Part shown: positions 1-12,500 of the stretch, piece by piece
How the letters are laid out: each line of letters starts with the position of its first letter
How positions within the stretch are numbered: position 1 is the stretch's first letter
Assembly (NCBI GenBank): GCA_965113315.1
Contig: OZ220376.1
DNA from: Podarcis vaucheri
Taxonomy: Eukaryota
DNA length: 64,000 nucleotides
Strand: one strand, 5' to 3'
Notes under the pieces: model-generated
Databases searched by the model: none
Seen by the model: the letters and a program-made list of their open reading frames with translations, nothing else
What the model was told of the DNA's origin: nothing
Program-made: the position numbers and the translations under genes

Positions 1-325
1 TGGTGGAGGTGAGTGGGCCTCCCTCTTTGGACTTGGCTCAGAATTATTCTAGGCCAAGGAGAGGTGGCTGGGTGGGCCAATGGAGACAATGCCTTCCTGG
101 CCAGATGAGACCAAGCAGTAGCTGAGCACTGGCTTGCTTGGTGGCTTGCCAGGACTGACTTAGGCAGTTTCCCTTCAAGTGAACAGTTCTTGTTGCACTG
201 AGAAGTCATACTTTGCAGAGAAAGTAAGCTCTCCATGAGCCATGCTCTGCTGTAGCCCTTAGGCATGCTTGCAAACTCTCGCCCTCTCCTCCCCCCACTG
301 GCTCCACAGAGAAGCCAGCCCATAC

Positions 326-558
326 CTGCAGGTTCTCCCCCCACTGGGCCTTCCCTTCCAGGAGGGCGTCCAACACTGCGCGACTGGGCTCCCCGCTGCC
401 TGGGTCGTTGCCGCTCATGACGTAGTAGGAGGCCCGGACCCTCTTGAAGAATTCCTGGTCCGTGTTCTTCCCACTGCAGTGATTGGGGATGTAAGCCAGG
501 TCCACATAGATGGGGGGCCCAGGGGGCACAGAGGAGCTGCTTTTGGGGTTGCTGGAGA
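326..558 (-). CDS. MAP1A: MAP1A coding exon 6 (LC2 light-chain region)
   Basis: Only the aag acceptor (559-560) keeps frame; donor CAG|gtatgg; translation PPIYVDLAYIPNHCSGK...WGENLQ. Confidence 0.92.
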
Positions 559-3500
559 CTTAGGGAGAGAGAAGAGGGAGGGGACATTAAACCAGCTGGT
601 GGCAACTGGGCAGGGGGTTGCCAGCCCATCAGCTCCTGATGAAAATGCCCCAACTAGGGATCTCTCACATAACATCGTTCTTTTTTTAAAAAATAGTAAA
701 TTTTATTAATATTTTCCACACAACAAGAAACAGAAAACGAAAAATAGCAATACACAAAACACAAAAACAAACATATGAAAAACAAATCCAAAACTTACAA
801 ATTAATAGTATAAACACTAAAAAGGAAAACAAATGTTGACTTCCACCAATCCCACAGCACCTCCTTTACCTCTCATTGTATCTACCTGTTGTCCTTCTCA
901 TCTCTATCCTAGCATCTAAATATATATCCCTCTTTCTTATCCTTTCACTTCACAAGGTTATTCCAGACTCAGCCAGGTTTCTGTCCTCGAACCTTGTCTT
1001 TTAAGGTATTTGTTTAGGCACTCCCATTCCTTTTTCACAACACTTTTTAGTTTGTGTCTTATTATATCTGTCAGTTATCTGTCAGCGATCCCTCTTGCTG
1101 TTCTGGCTTCTGGGATTCAGAATATTTTTTTCCTTGTTTTCATCCTCCAAAAACTAGGTGCGTCTTATAGAGCGAAAAATGCAGTGCCTTTGTTTTGTCC
1201 ATTTTCTTTTATTTTCCACTTTATTAAATTAGTTAATTGGGATTGTAGAATTTTAATATTTTGGATTATACTCTCTTGTTTTGGATTTTTCAACAATTAT
1301 TTTTCATTCTCCCTTATCTGTTTGTTTATTTCCACAATATCATTTTCTTTACCCTTCCTTATTCTCACAATTTGTTGTATTCCAGTTCCTCTCATATAGG
1401 CTTTACTGGTATCCCAAATGATTTTCCTATCTGTCCCTTGTCTCTTGTTAATTTCGAAAAATTCCTTCAACAATTCCCTCATTTTATTCACCTTTTGCTC
1501 ATCTCTCCATATCTTGTCATTCATCCTCTACCTCCCTCGTATGTTTTTTGAATTTTATGTGTATAGTAGCTGGATTATGATCTGTGAGAGATTTGTTCAA
1601 AATCTCTGCTTTTACCAGACTCAAAGTCAATTTTTTTCGAGGTCCAAATTGCATCTATTCTCCCTCCCGATTTTTTATCTTTGGAAAAATAGGTAATATC
1701 CTTTTCAGTGGGATGCTTCAGTCTCCAAGTATCAAATAAATTAAGATTATATGTCATCTGAAAAAACAATAATGGTAGTCTGCCTGAGTTTGATTTCCCC
1801 CCTCTCTGGGTTCTATCCATTTCGATAGATATAACTCCATTAAAATCTCCCATCAAAATTATCTTTCCATTCACAAGTTCCCAAAGCTTCTCTTCCAATT
1901 TCCTCTAAAATTCAGATTTATTATTATTTGGGGCATACACTCCTACCACAATTATCTTTTCTTGATTTACCGTATTTTTTGCACCATAACACTCACTTTT
2001 TTCCTCCTAAAGAGTATGGGGAAATGTCTGTGCGTGTTATGGAGGGAATGCCTACGGGTGGCATGCCTACGGTTTTCCCTCCTCTAAAAACTACGGGCGT
2101 GTTATGGTCGGGTGTGTGTTATAGAGCGAAAAATACGGTAATTGTATTTCTCCTGATGAAAATGCGCCAACTAGGGATCTCTCACATAACATCATTCTTA
2201 ACATTTTTTCACATCCCACAACTGGCCCACTTCAGCTCCTCTCTTTAGAATGGAAAAGTCAAGGAGCCAGGAGAAGCTAAGAGAAAAGCAAACTGGAATA
2301 CACTGGGAGAAGCTGATCATGCAATAGTGGCCAAATTGTTGCCCCCCAGATGCCACTGGACAGCTCTCACTGCCCTTTACCTTTGCCAGTGTGACTGGGG
2401 CCCAACAACAGCCTGAGGGCATGACTTCGGTCCTCCCTATGCAATCACAGCCCACTTTGCCCAGTTCTGCAAAGAGGTGTCCTACTGGGAGCCCAAGGAC
2501 CACCTTCCGCTTCCAGCATAGCACCTCCTGTTGGTGGAGGAAAGGATCAGCTTCCGACTCTTTGGAGCAAGTGAAGGGGCCTCCCTCCCCCCTCCACACA
2601 AACAAGCCTGGCCCTACCTTCTAGGGTTCTCTGAGATTCCATCCTTCATCCAATGCGTTTATAGAAAGGCAGACTATTATAGGGCCCAAGACAGAGCTCC
2701 ACAGTCTGAATTACTGCCTAAGAAGAATCCTGTAGCTGCAGTAGGGTCAGGCCAGAGGAAGTTCATCACAGTCCAGCACTCTACTCTCCCCTTGGCCAAC
2801 CAAAAGCCCCAAAGGGAAGAAGCCTCCAAGCAGAATGTGAGCGCAACAGCAGGACTCTCCCTGCTTGCAGTCTGCAGCAACTGGGTCTCAAGTACCTATC
2901 ACCTCTGACAGTGGAGGGCTCACCTGGCTGGTGATCCCTTTGCATCTCTGCCTGAGATCCCTCCAGAGAGATTCCCCCTCATACTAATGTATTTGGTAAT
3001 AGCCACACCAGAGTGCAGAGTTTCAGAACTGGAGACAGTGTATTTTCCATCAGGAAAAGGTAGGCCTGATTTGTCATTCATGCCCAAGATTAAATCCACA
3101 GGAAGTGCTTCTGGCAATCTTTGTCCCTAAACCAGGGAGCAGAAGCAGCACATCCTGGTTCTGGGAAAGTCTCCCCGACTTTGGGCAGAAGACAAATGGC
3201 TTGACAACCAGAGCTGAAAGCACAGATGCCCCCACAATTCCCACCAAGAGGGCCAGGCCTCTGCTCAGTCTTACCTGGGCTGGTTTTGACGCCGTTGACA
3301 AGGTTCTTGCCAGGATTGGGGGGACCCGTCTCTTCTCCATGGGCCTTCAGGGGCTTCTCTCTCTTGGCCAGTGCTGGCTTTGGAGGCCGGTCTGGTGGCT
3401 GTTGCTTCAAGGGGGTCGGGGACCATTTCTCAGGCTTCCGGGCAGGGGAAGAGGACTTGGGCTTGCCCAGCGGCTTCCTCACCCCTTTGTTTTTCTCCTT

Positions 3501-6500
3501 CAGATCCTTCTTGGATATTTTGTCAGGCCTGCTCATGTTCTGATCGTTGAGCAGCACCTCAGGGTCCATCATGCAGACATCTGGGTGTGGAGGGTGAGGA
3601 TGGGGGTCCACCAGGGTGATGGGTGGGGGATCATGACCAGCTCTTGTGCTGCTGCTGCTGCTGTGATGGGAGCTGCCCACAGCTTTGTCGACTGGGAGGA
3701 AATCGGCGTCTTCGTCGGAGTCCATGGCCGCGTCAGCTGTGATGGAGGGACACTCCTCTGTTTCTGGAGGGACATCTGAGTCAGACTGGGAGGTGCCAGA
3801 GTCACTTGCGGAGGTGGGGGGAGTTTCTTCTGTTGTGGCAGGGGGTTGCCTATGGCCACCAGGGATGGAGTGTGGCCTTCCTTTCACAGAAGGGTGACCT
3901 TCAGCCTGGGAACATTCACTCTCCTCTGATGACTCTTGAGGACTGGGATTGATGAACGATGGGGACAGCTCTCCCTTCCTTTGCTTATACTCACACGAGA
4001 ACCTCTGCCCGTACTCTGAGGTAGCTCCCAGAGATGGCTCCAACTCATGGGAGGCGTCACCATGATCCTCTGCTTGGCTGCCATGCTGGGCATCTGGAAA
4101 GAAGGGCGGGAAAGCTGGCTCACGGCTCAACAAGGAAGAGGGACGGCTTTGTCTCTCACAGTCCTCCTTCTCGTCATCCTCCTTCTCCTCCTCATCTTCC
4201 TCCTCGTCGTCCTCACTCCTTGTTGCCCCTGTGAGATGTGGCCCACCATGGAAAGCAAGGGGGCTGAGGCTCACCTCTGTGGGCCCGTTGGCAGTAGCAG
4301 CTGCCTCCTGCTGGCAATGGGGGGAAACAGCTAGGATGTCAGGGAGGGGAGTGGCTGCTGGCCACTCTCCAGGGCTTGGGGGCTGCTGTGTGCAGCTAAC
4401 TGTGCAGCTGGACTCAGACTGCTGAGTGGGCAGAGAGGGCAGGCCCAAGCTGGCAGAGGCATCTCCTCCCATTTCACCTGAAAACATCTTTGCAGAACCT
4501 GCTGGAAGCTGTGGGGACGTGGGTTGCTGTGCTCCCTGGGCATCTGGCCCAGCAGCTGTTCCTCGATAGGGGGGGGACAAGGGGCTCTCACTGACTGCTG
4601 GATGTGTTGAGATGGAGCCCCTCAAGAAGGTTTCCTCAGGAGAGCTAGATGACTCCCTGTGCAGCTGCTGCTCTTGGGGTGCCCCAGAGAGAAGCTTCCC
4701 TCCTCCTGCTGGGAACGATGAATCCTCACTAGAAACCTTTTTGGATACCTCCAAGTATTCATCTCTCTTGCCCTTTTCAAAGGGGTCAGAATCAGGGATG
4801 CCAAAAGTGAGGGATTTGTCCCTTAAGTGGGACGAGAAATGTGCTTCGTGCCGGAACAGGATGGATGGCTGGTGCATGCCCAGGGAAGAGAGTTCAAAGC
4901 CCGAGGAAGAGCAATCCAGCCCTTTCGTCAGCAGCGCTGGGCCCTTTGGAGGGTCCTTCTCTTTAGCAGCAGAACCAAAGCAGAAGCCTTTGGAGTCAGT
5001 GTCACCAAAGCCTTTCCCTATAGAGACCTCTTCCTCTTCTTCTTCCTCCTCCTCCTCCTCCTCCTCTTCTTCTTCTTCCTCCTCCTTTTTGGAGCATGGC
5101 TTGCTTGAGGCCCACTCCTGCCTTTCTGGACCTGCAAGGCTGCCATAGGCAGCAACATCCTCAGCCTTCAAGGCTCTTCTCTCTGTCTGACTCTCCTCTC
5201 CCAACAACGCACCATAGGATGCTCCTTGCCATGTCGCTGACAGACAGTCTTCCTTCTCCAATCCCGAAATGTCTGCATAGGGTTCATTTTCCCTCTCGCT
5301 GGCTGGCTTCAGAGCTGAAGGGGGCTCCCCTGGGTGCTTGGATTCCTTTTCAGACTTCTCCTTGGCCCCCTTCTCCAGCTCTGAGTCGCTGGCGCTCTCT
5401 TCTCCCCTTCTGGCTTGCTCATAGTACATATCCTTGGGCAGGGAGTGCTTGGGAGAAGGAGACCTTTGCTCCTGGCTGATGTTTGCATCTGGAGGGTGGG
5501 CACCTTCAATGTAAAGAGCTGTCTCCTCCTGCTTCAGCATGCCTGCCACATCAGTGTGGGAGGTAAAGCCTTTGTCCCCCAGAGAGGCTGCAGGCAGGGA
5601 GCTCACCAGACTTCCTGGCAGAAGAGGTGAAGAGTCTGCAAGGCTCTCATCAGGCTGTGGGTTGTCCTGGGCTGCCAAGCTCTGTGGTACACTGGGCTTC
5701 TCTGCTATCTGAAGGGGATGGCCCTGGGCATGGACCTCTGCATACTCAAAGGAGGGCTCTGCTTTGTCCTTTGGGGAAACTGGAGACGAAAGCTCTTTCT
5801 CAGTAGGAGTGTAGAGGCAAGACTCTTCTTCCTTGGAGGAGATGGGGTAAAGGGATGTCCCTATCTTGAGACCCACATCTTTTCCAAAGTGGCCAATGCT
5901 AGACATGACAACATTCTCATAGATATCTGCATAATGGAAAGTCTTCTCATGAGGGTAAGGAGTTGCTTCTCTCTCTTCCCCTTTCCCAAGAGTGTCAACC
6001 TTGGGTTCACAGAGCCCAGACTGACTGGGAGAGTCTGTGGTGCTGAGCCAGGAGTGACGCTCTGCTTGGTCAATGGAGACTGTGTCCTGCAAAGGGGTTG
6101 TGAGGTCTCCACTTCCTCCAAAGTGGGTGGACTCATTATTCCCTGGCTCCACAACTGCAGGGGCCCTGTCTTCCTGGGATCCTACTGGACTCAGCAGAGC
6201 TGCCTTCACAACCTGCTCCTTTTGGCTTTCCTCTGAGCAAGTGTGAGATTCCACCTCAGCCTCCTGCTCTCTGTCCTGCATCTCTTTGGGATCCCACTTG
6301 CTTTTGTAGACATCATCCCCCTCTGATCTCCTCCTCTCTGTGGTTCCTGATTGGAGTGTGGGCACACTTTGGTCTACTGCAGGGGACTTTCGCTGCTCTG
6401 GTGCAGATGCTTCTCTCTCCTCTTCCAAAGCAGGAGGCTCCATCACAGAGCTGGACCATGGCTCTGTGGTCACTTCCTCCTCAGCTTGCCCAAGCGGGGA

Positions 6501-9500
6501 CTCCTCCCTCCACCCTGTTGTAGGTGGAATCTTGACCTGGTGTGGAGGGGACAGTATGGCCCATTCCAGGCCGGATGTTGACACACTTTCTAACACAGAA
6601 GATGGGGGGCTTTTGGAGCCAGGCATCTTGGATTCCTTTGTGTCCATGGCACTGTGTTCAGCAGCTGCTTGTGGAAATGCCTGTGTTTGGTCAGATGTTG
6701 TTTCTGGCATCTGCTGGGCCACAACCTTGTCACTCACATGGGGAAAGCGATTCTCAGGTGTCTCTTGCTTCAAAGTGGCAACATTTTCATGGAAGTGCCT
6801 GTATCCTGAGTCCCAAATGTCTTTCATGGCCAGTCCAGAAATGTCATCTTCAGACTCTGCCGCAGAGTGAGAAATCACTCCCACTTCAGTCATGGGAGGA
6901 GGAGGAGACTTTGTTTCATGTTTTTCTACTTCCTCATCCAAGAAGGTACATTCCCCTCTTTCTTTCCCATACTTTGGCTTTTGCTCTTTGCGTGGCACTT
7001 CCTTCATCTCCTCTGGAAACCACACTTTCTTCTCAGAGTTTGCGTCTTTCAGATAAATATCTTCCATTTCAGGAGATTCCTCTTCCTCCTCCTCCTCCTC
7101 CTCTTCAGTATCCTGCTCCTCTTCCAGCAACCGACAAGGCTCCATCTCCTCAGAGGAGACTTGTGAGGGCTCCTTCTCTAGAACTGGGCTTGGTTCTGTG
7201 AAGCTTGAAGACTTTGAACCTGGGCTTTCTTTGGGGGAAGGTCTTGGAGATGGTTCTTTGATGGGCTCTTTTTCAGCTAAGGATACGGCTCTGGCATCTT
7301 CCATAATAGTGTCTGCAGAAGACATCGTGAGGGTGTCATGACTGTCTTGGAATGGATCCTTCCCATGGAATGAAAGGGAACTAAGTGAATTGTCTTTGGC
7401 CAAAGCTTCAGATGTTTTGCTTCCAAAAGGGCTCTGATCTGTGTAAGCCTGGTAGCTCATTTCAGGAGAGAATTGGTCTGTGAACACGTCTGATGAGGAC
7501 TTCTGAGCAGGGACCTCTTTTGTAGACAGAGACTGAGCATCAGGTTGAGAACTCTCTCCTGTGAACATGTGCAAAGAGGTTTCTTCACTAAGGCTCACAG
7601 AAATGTCGCTGCCTTCTGGGGAAGTGTATTTGATAGCAACTGTGGGGGGTCCCTCTTGGCCTAAGCTGCGCTCTGTGAAATGTAGGGCATTCCCATCTTC
7701 TGGCAATTTTTCCATGGCAAAATCATCTGAATATTTTTCTTTCCCAGGAGTGTCTTCAATAAATGGGAACACCTTTGCTTCCTCTGGTGAAAGCGATTTT
7801 GTGGGCGCTTGTGAAGAACTCTCACCAAAAGCTCTATCGGAAAGTTCCTCCCACCCTTCTGGAGGAGGAATTTCAGCCGCAGAGAAGAGCACCACATGGG
7901 CAGGGCATTTCATGCTTTCCTGGGAGGCTTCCTCGGTAGTGTCTGCTCCCTTCAATGGAGAGCCCTCTTTGGGCTCTAGAAGTGTGTCTTTGGTGAGAGG
8001 ATAAAGGTCAGAAATGTCCAGGGTCTCTTGCTTGTGGTAGAAACTGATGGCCAGCTCCTCTTTCTCAGGAAGCAGTCTCCGATCCTCACTCTGGACAGGT
8101 GCAGATTCTGATGCAGCCACACTTTCTGGGACAGGCTTGTCCTGAAGGAGAGTTGATGCCTCTTTCCCCCCAGAAAAGAGCCCCTCAGTAGCAGCGACCT
8201 CTCCTTCAAAAGCCCTGGAGATCTCAGTAGCTTTGCTGGGACTTCTTTCTTCATCCCATTTCACAGGGGCCTCAGAAGACTTGTCAAACAGCTCAGCCTC
8301 CACAGTGTCTGATTTCTCCTCTACAGGGGACTGGTGGAAAGGTGTGTGTCCAGCGCTGGTGGGGCCCGACTGGGTGGGAGATGCCATCTTGACTGTGCTG
8401 TCATCAGGGCTCATGCACCGCTCTTCAGCCTCACCAGAGCCTGCAACTACCTGCAGCAACTGGGCTTCTCCATCGAGTATCAGCATGGCCTCTTGGGATC
8501 CTTCCACTGGCACTCCTGTTAAATCATCTCCCAGGGGCCCTTGCTGAGAAAACAAAGGTGCATCATAGTGACCCTGCGCTCTCCAAGGCTTCTCAATATT
8601 TGGTGTCTCATCTTCTTCTTCCTCCTCCTCTTCCTCCTCCTCCTGTTCTGGTTCCTGTTGCTGCTGCAGGCCCTTTTTGCAGGCCTCAAGCCTTCTCTCA
8701 CCTTCTGCTTGTATACGGAAGTCTTCTGGAGGTGGAGACTTGAAGCCTTTGTCCTCCTCTAGTGAAGATGTGGGAGAAATTGTGCCAGCGGAGGGAACAT
8801 AGTCCAGACCTTGGGTAGCCTCTGTTCTAGAGGAAGGGATGCTGTTCACTGTATCCAGCAGCAAGGAACTTTTGCCAGTATCCTCTGTCTGCGGTGCTGT
8901 TATCGAGGCAACAGACTGGTCCTCTGCAACAGAGGTGGCGAAAGAGGAGAGCTTGTCACACTCTGTGATGGATGTTGCTGAAGAAACATGCTCCTCTTCC
9001 GCCAAGGGGGCAGCCACAATGTTGGTGGGGTAGGCAAGGACTGCAGGGTCTTGGCCAGCAGCTGCCATGGCCTGGATCCCGTGGATAGCTTCAAAGGAGC
9101 CGGTCTGGTCTGGCACCGCAATGTCAGAGGAGCTAATATCTGTCTTGAGCTGGGGCAGCCTCTCCTCCTGCTCATCATGGATCTCTTCATCGGAGATGGT
9201 CTGCTCTGTCTCTGAGTAGCCAGGGATGGTCTCATCCTGGATGTAGGAGATGTGTTCTCCAAGTGGGGCTGGAGATTCCTCCTCCTCCCCCTTGCCCATT
9301 CTTTGCTTCCCAGGCAGTCTGCTTTCCTCCTTGGCCTCTTTTTCCTTCCCTCTGGAGGGAAAGAGGGAACCTTCTGGCTGCTGGAAGAGAGAAAGCTCAC
9401 TCTTCTCTGCCTCTTCCCTTTTGGCCTCTGCAAGGGGCTGTTCAGTCCCTTCCAGCTCTGCCTGTTCCAATCCCTTATCTCTCCTGTCCATTTGCCTCTC

Positions 9501-12500
9501 TGCCTGTGTCTCCATCCACTTCATTTCCAAAGGAGAATATTTGTCTTCCGAGTAGTCACCGGAAGCCTGCATTATATCTCTCTCTCCTGCTTCTTTTCCG
9601 GAGACTTCTGCTGTTCTCTCAAGGGGCTCCCCCAAGGCGGCTGCTCTCTCATCAGGTCTTTTGGGCATTTCCCCTCCTCCCTCCTTGTCCGTTTCCTCCT
9701 CTGTTGCACCTTGGGACCAGGAGTCTGGGCCACTGACTCCTTCTGGGATCAGGTCTGTCTCCTGAGCAGCCACATCACCAAGCCCCTGCTTTCCTGCCTC
9801 TCCTTCTGCAGGACCAGGTGCCTCTGGAAGCCTGGCCTGCTTTTCAGCCTTCAGCTCCTCAAAGTCCTTGGTGAGGTCTTCTGGGGAAGACAAGACCAGC
9901 CTGTGCTCAGCCACGCCTGCTGGTTCTGGGGGCTGGCTTGGTGGCTTCCTGGGCACAGGCAAGGCCTTCTTTGGCTCTCCATGGGCAGCATCCTTCTCAG
10001 CTTTGCTGCGAGCTTTCTCCGTTTTGATCCGGCCAGGAGCTTTTGCCTTGTACAAAGTCTTCCTCACTTCAGGGGTGAATGACTTCAAGTCTGGCTTTGA
10101 AATCTTTTTCAGCTCTGGCTTGGCTTCCTTCTTTTTCTCTTCTTTCTTTGACTCCTTCCTTTCCTCTTTCTTCCCATCGTCTTTCTTAATCTCCTTCCTC
10201 TCTTTCTTAATCTCTTTCTTCTCCTTGTCCCTTTTCTCCTCCAGCTTAGACACTTTCTCCTTGAGGTGCTTCTTGCCCATTTTGTCTTTGTTGTGTTTCC
10301 TTTTCTCTGCTTTGAGGGCATCGCTGGAGTCCATTCTTACTTTCTCTGCCTTGGGGGGCTTTTCCAGTGGCTCCTTGGCCTTCTTCTTTGTTTTGGTCTC
10401 TTTGAGGACCTCGGACTTCACCTCCTTTGCTCCCTCCTCACCACTTGCCTTGGCAGCTGCCGGCTTAGAAGACTTGAGGCTCTCCTTGCTGTCTGTCCTC
10501 TGCTTGATCTTGGTCTGCTTGAGTGCCAGGGTGGGAAGGCCAGAGGCAATTTCCTTCTGCGTAGCAACAGGATACTTCAGGAAATCCAAGTGCCTGAGTT
10601 TCTCAAGCCCTTCCAAAATCTTGTTTTGTGGTGCATTCCCAGGGAACAAAACTCGCACTATTTTTTCCGTAGGACTTGCTGGGAGCCACACAACCAAGGC
10701 GGTGATGGAGGTCAGGTAAGGTACAGAGATCTCCCCTTCCTTCCCATTGGGCAGAATGATGCCTGTCTTGGCCTTGCTGTTCCCAGCCCACTTCTGCATG
10801 AGGAACTGCATCTCCTTGCTCTCCTTGACTGGGTTCAAGACATACATGTCCAATTTCCCAACACCCATTTTGTGGAACAAGGTGATGGGCTCAATTGTGT
10901 TGCTGACCACCCTGTAAAGGGGCTCTGGCTTCACGCCCAGCCTGTTGAGGTACTGCAGGGTCAGGCTAGCCTCCTCAATGCTTCTCTTGGCCTTCATGGA
11001 AGACTCGGGCATTTTGAGCTTCTCAGGGACGTTGAAGAATACCACCCCAAGCTCAGGGGAGATAAGATTCTTCATCCAGTCACTGTAGTTGGTGGAGCCC
11101 TGAGACTGCTCCTCGTCCTGCTCAGCGATCTTCCTCTGCAAGAGACCATTGATGCCAGGGAGGTTATCGGCCCCAATGTGGGTCAGGAGAACAGAGTCAA
11201 TTCTGTCCAGGTGCCGCACCAGCTTCCAGAAACAGGACTTCCTCTCTGAACCGCCATCCACCAGGATGTTGAACCCATTGACGGCAAAGAGCGCTGAATC
11301 CCCCCTCCCTCCAGGGAAGATGTAGCAGCAGGGCTTGGACAGCTTGAGGAAGCCTCCTGAGGTTGGGGGTTCCAAGAGGTCAAAGGGAGATGGGACATCC
11401 ACTGTCTCAGAGACATACTCGGCAAACTCAGAGACCCCATCCATCTCTGGCAGAATTGGGTCAGGGTTCAGTCTCAGACTGAGAAGGTCTTGGAATCGGG
11501 GGTGTCCTAGGTTGCTCCAATCTCCCTCTCCTAAGCACGACACAGTCAGGGAGGCCTTGGAAGCTGGATCTGTGTTGCTGAGAAGCTGGGCAACCTACAA
11601 GAGTCAGAAGCAGGCAATAGTCAGAAGCACCCCAAAAGGTCCTTGACAAATAACCCCAAAATGTCTTTTTTAGTCAAATCCATGCAAGCTCAACTTTTAA
11701 CTAGAAGTGGAAACCTACCAGTCAACCTATGTAACAAACTATTGTTCTTGGGTGGCCAGAGGTGTCCACCAGATGTATCAATAATAGTATCCTGGAAATA
11801 TGTTACTCTGTGTATGTGTGTGTGTTGGAGACGTGCGTGTGTTGGAGACTAATAATCTGAAAGGGGCCTCTGCAGGAAATTGAGTGTTTCCCAAGCCTAC
11901 AATAAGCCAGGAGTTGGAATGCATGGTGAATAAAGTTCTGGTAACACATCCTGAATGCCTGGGAAGATTTGTAACGTGTACAACAGTAGTAGCAGCAATC
12001 CTCATTTAAGGTGGTCCCAAACTCAGTACCCCAAGTCAACAGCCTGAGGATGGCCTCCAAAGCCACCTATCTCAGCCAGATTCCTACACATACAAATCCC
12101 AGATTCCCCACCCACCCAATTTACCTCTGGATCTGCAAGGATCTCAGCAAATTTCTGGTAGGTGAAGGTCCCAGCCTGCAGGATCAAATCTCCTTCTTGG
12201 TCTGTGCTCTGTCCACAGAGCACCAGCAGCTTGTAGGCAGAAGGGTCACATATCAAGGAACGAACCTGTTTGCAGCAGGAGAGACAGTTTCAGCTCCTGA
12301 GTTTTGGACTTGCAGAAATGCTGCCCTCACTCGGATAATGCAAACGGCCATGTCTGATGAATGAGCTTGGAAAGGCAGTCCTCTTTGCATCTTGCCTAAA
12401 CATGCTTGAGTCTGGGCTCTAGACACAGCCCCATAATATCCCAGCCCTGCCCCAGGCAAGGTCACAGGAGGGGTGGCAGGGAACCCAAATACTCCCCACA

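Larger units (their letters stand above)
683..2149 (-). mobile_element. L1-clade LINE: 5'-truncated, internally deleted (APE endonuclease part plus ORF2 C-terminus/3'UTR), with nested MITEs
   Basis: VGVYAPN, ILMGDFN, DTWR...TYFS, RIDAIW and IWDTSKAYMRG motifs; AATAAA and A-tail at the left end; flanking 50-bp direct repeat. Confidence 0.9.

Noticed and set aside
3090-3274. C-terminal tail of the 2817-aa ORF (KTEQRPGPLGG...FLWI)
   Set aside because: Read-through past a strong donor at 3274; the conserved LC2 sequence continues in exon 326-558.
3105-11646. Many long plus-strand ORFs (e.g. 9868..10719, 10266..11249) opposite MAP1A
   Set aside because: Antisense shadows of a codon-biased Glu/Lys/Ser-rich exon; no recognisable domains.
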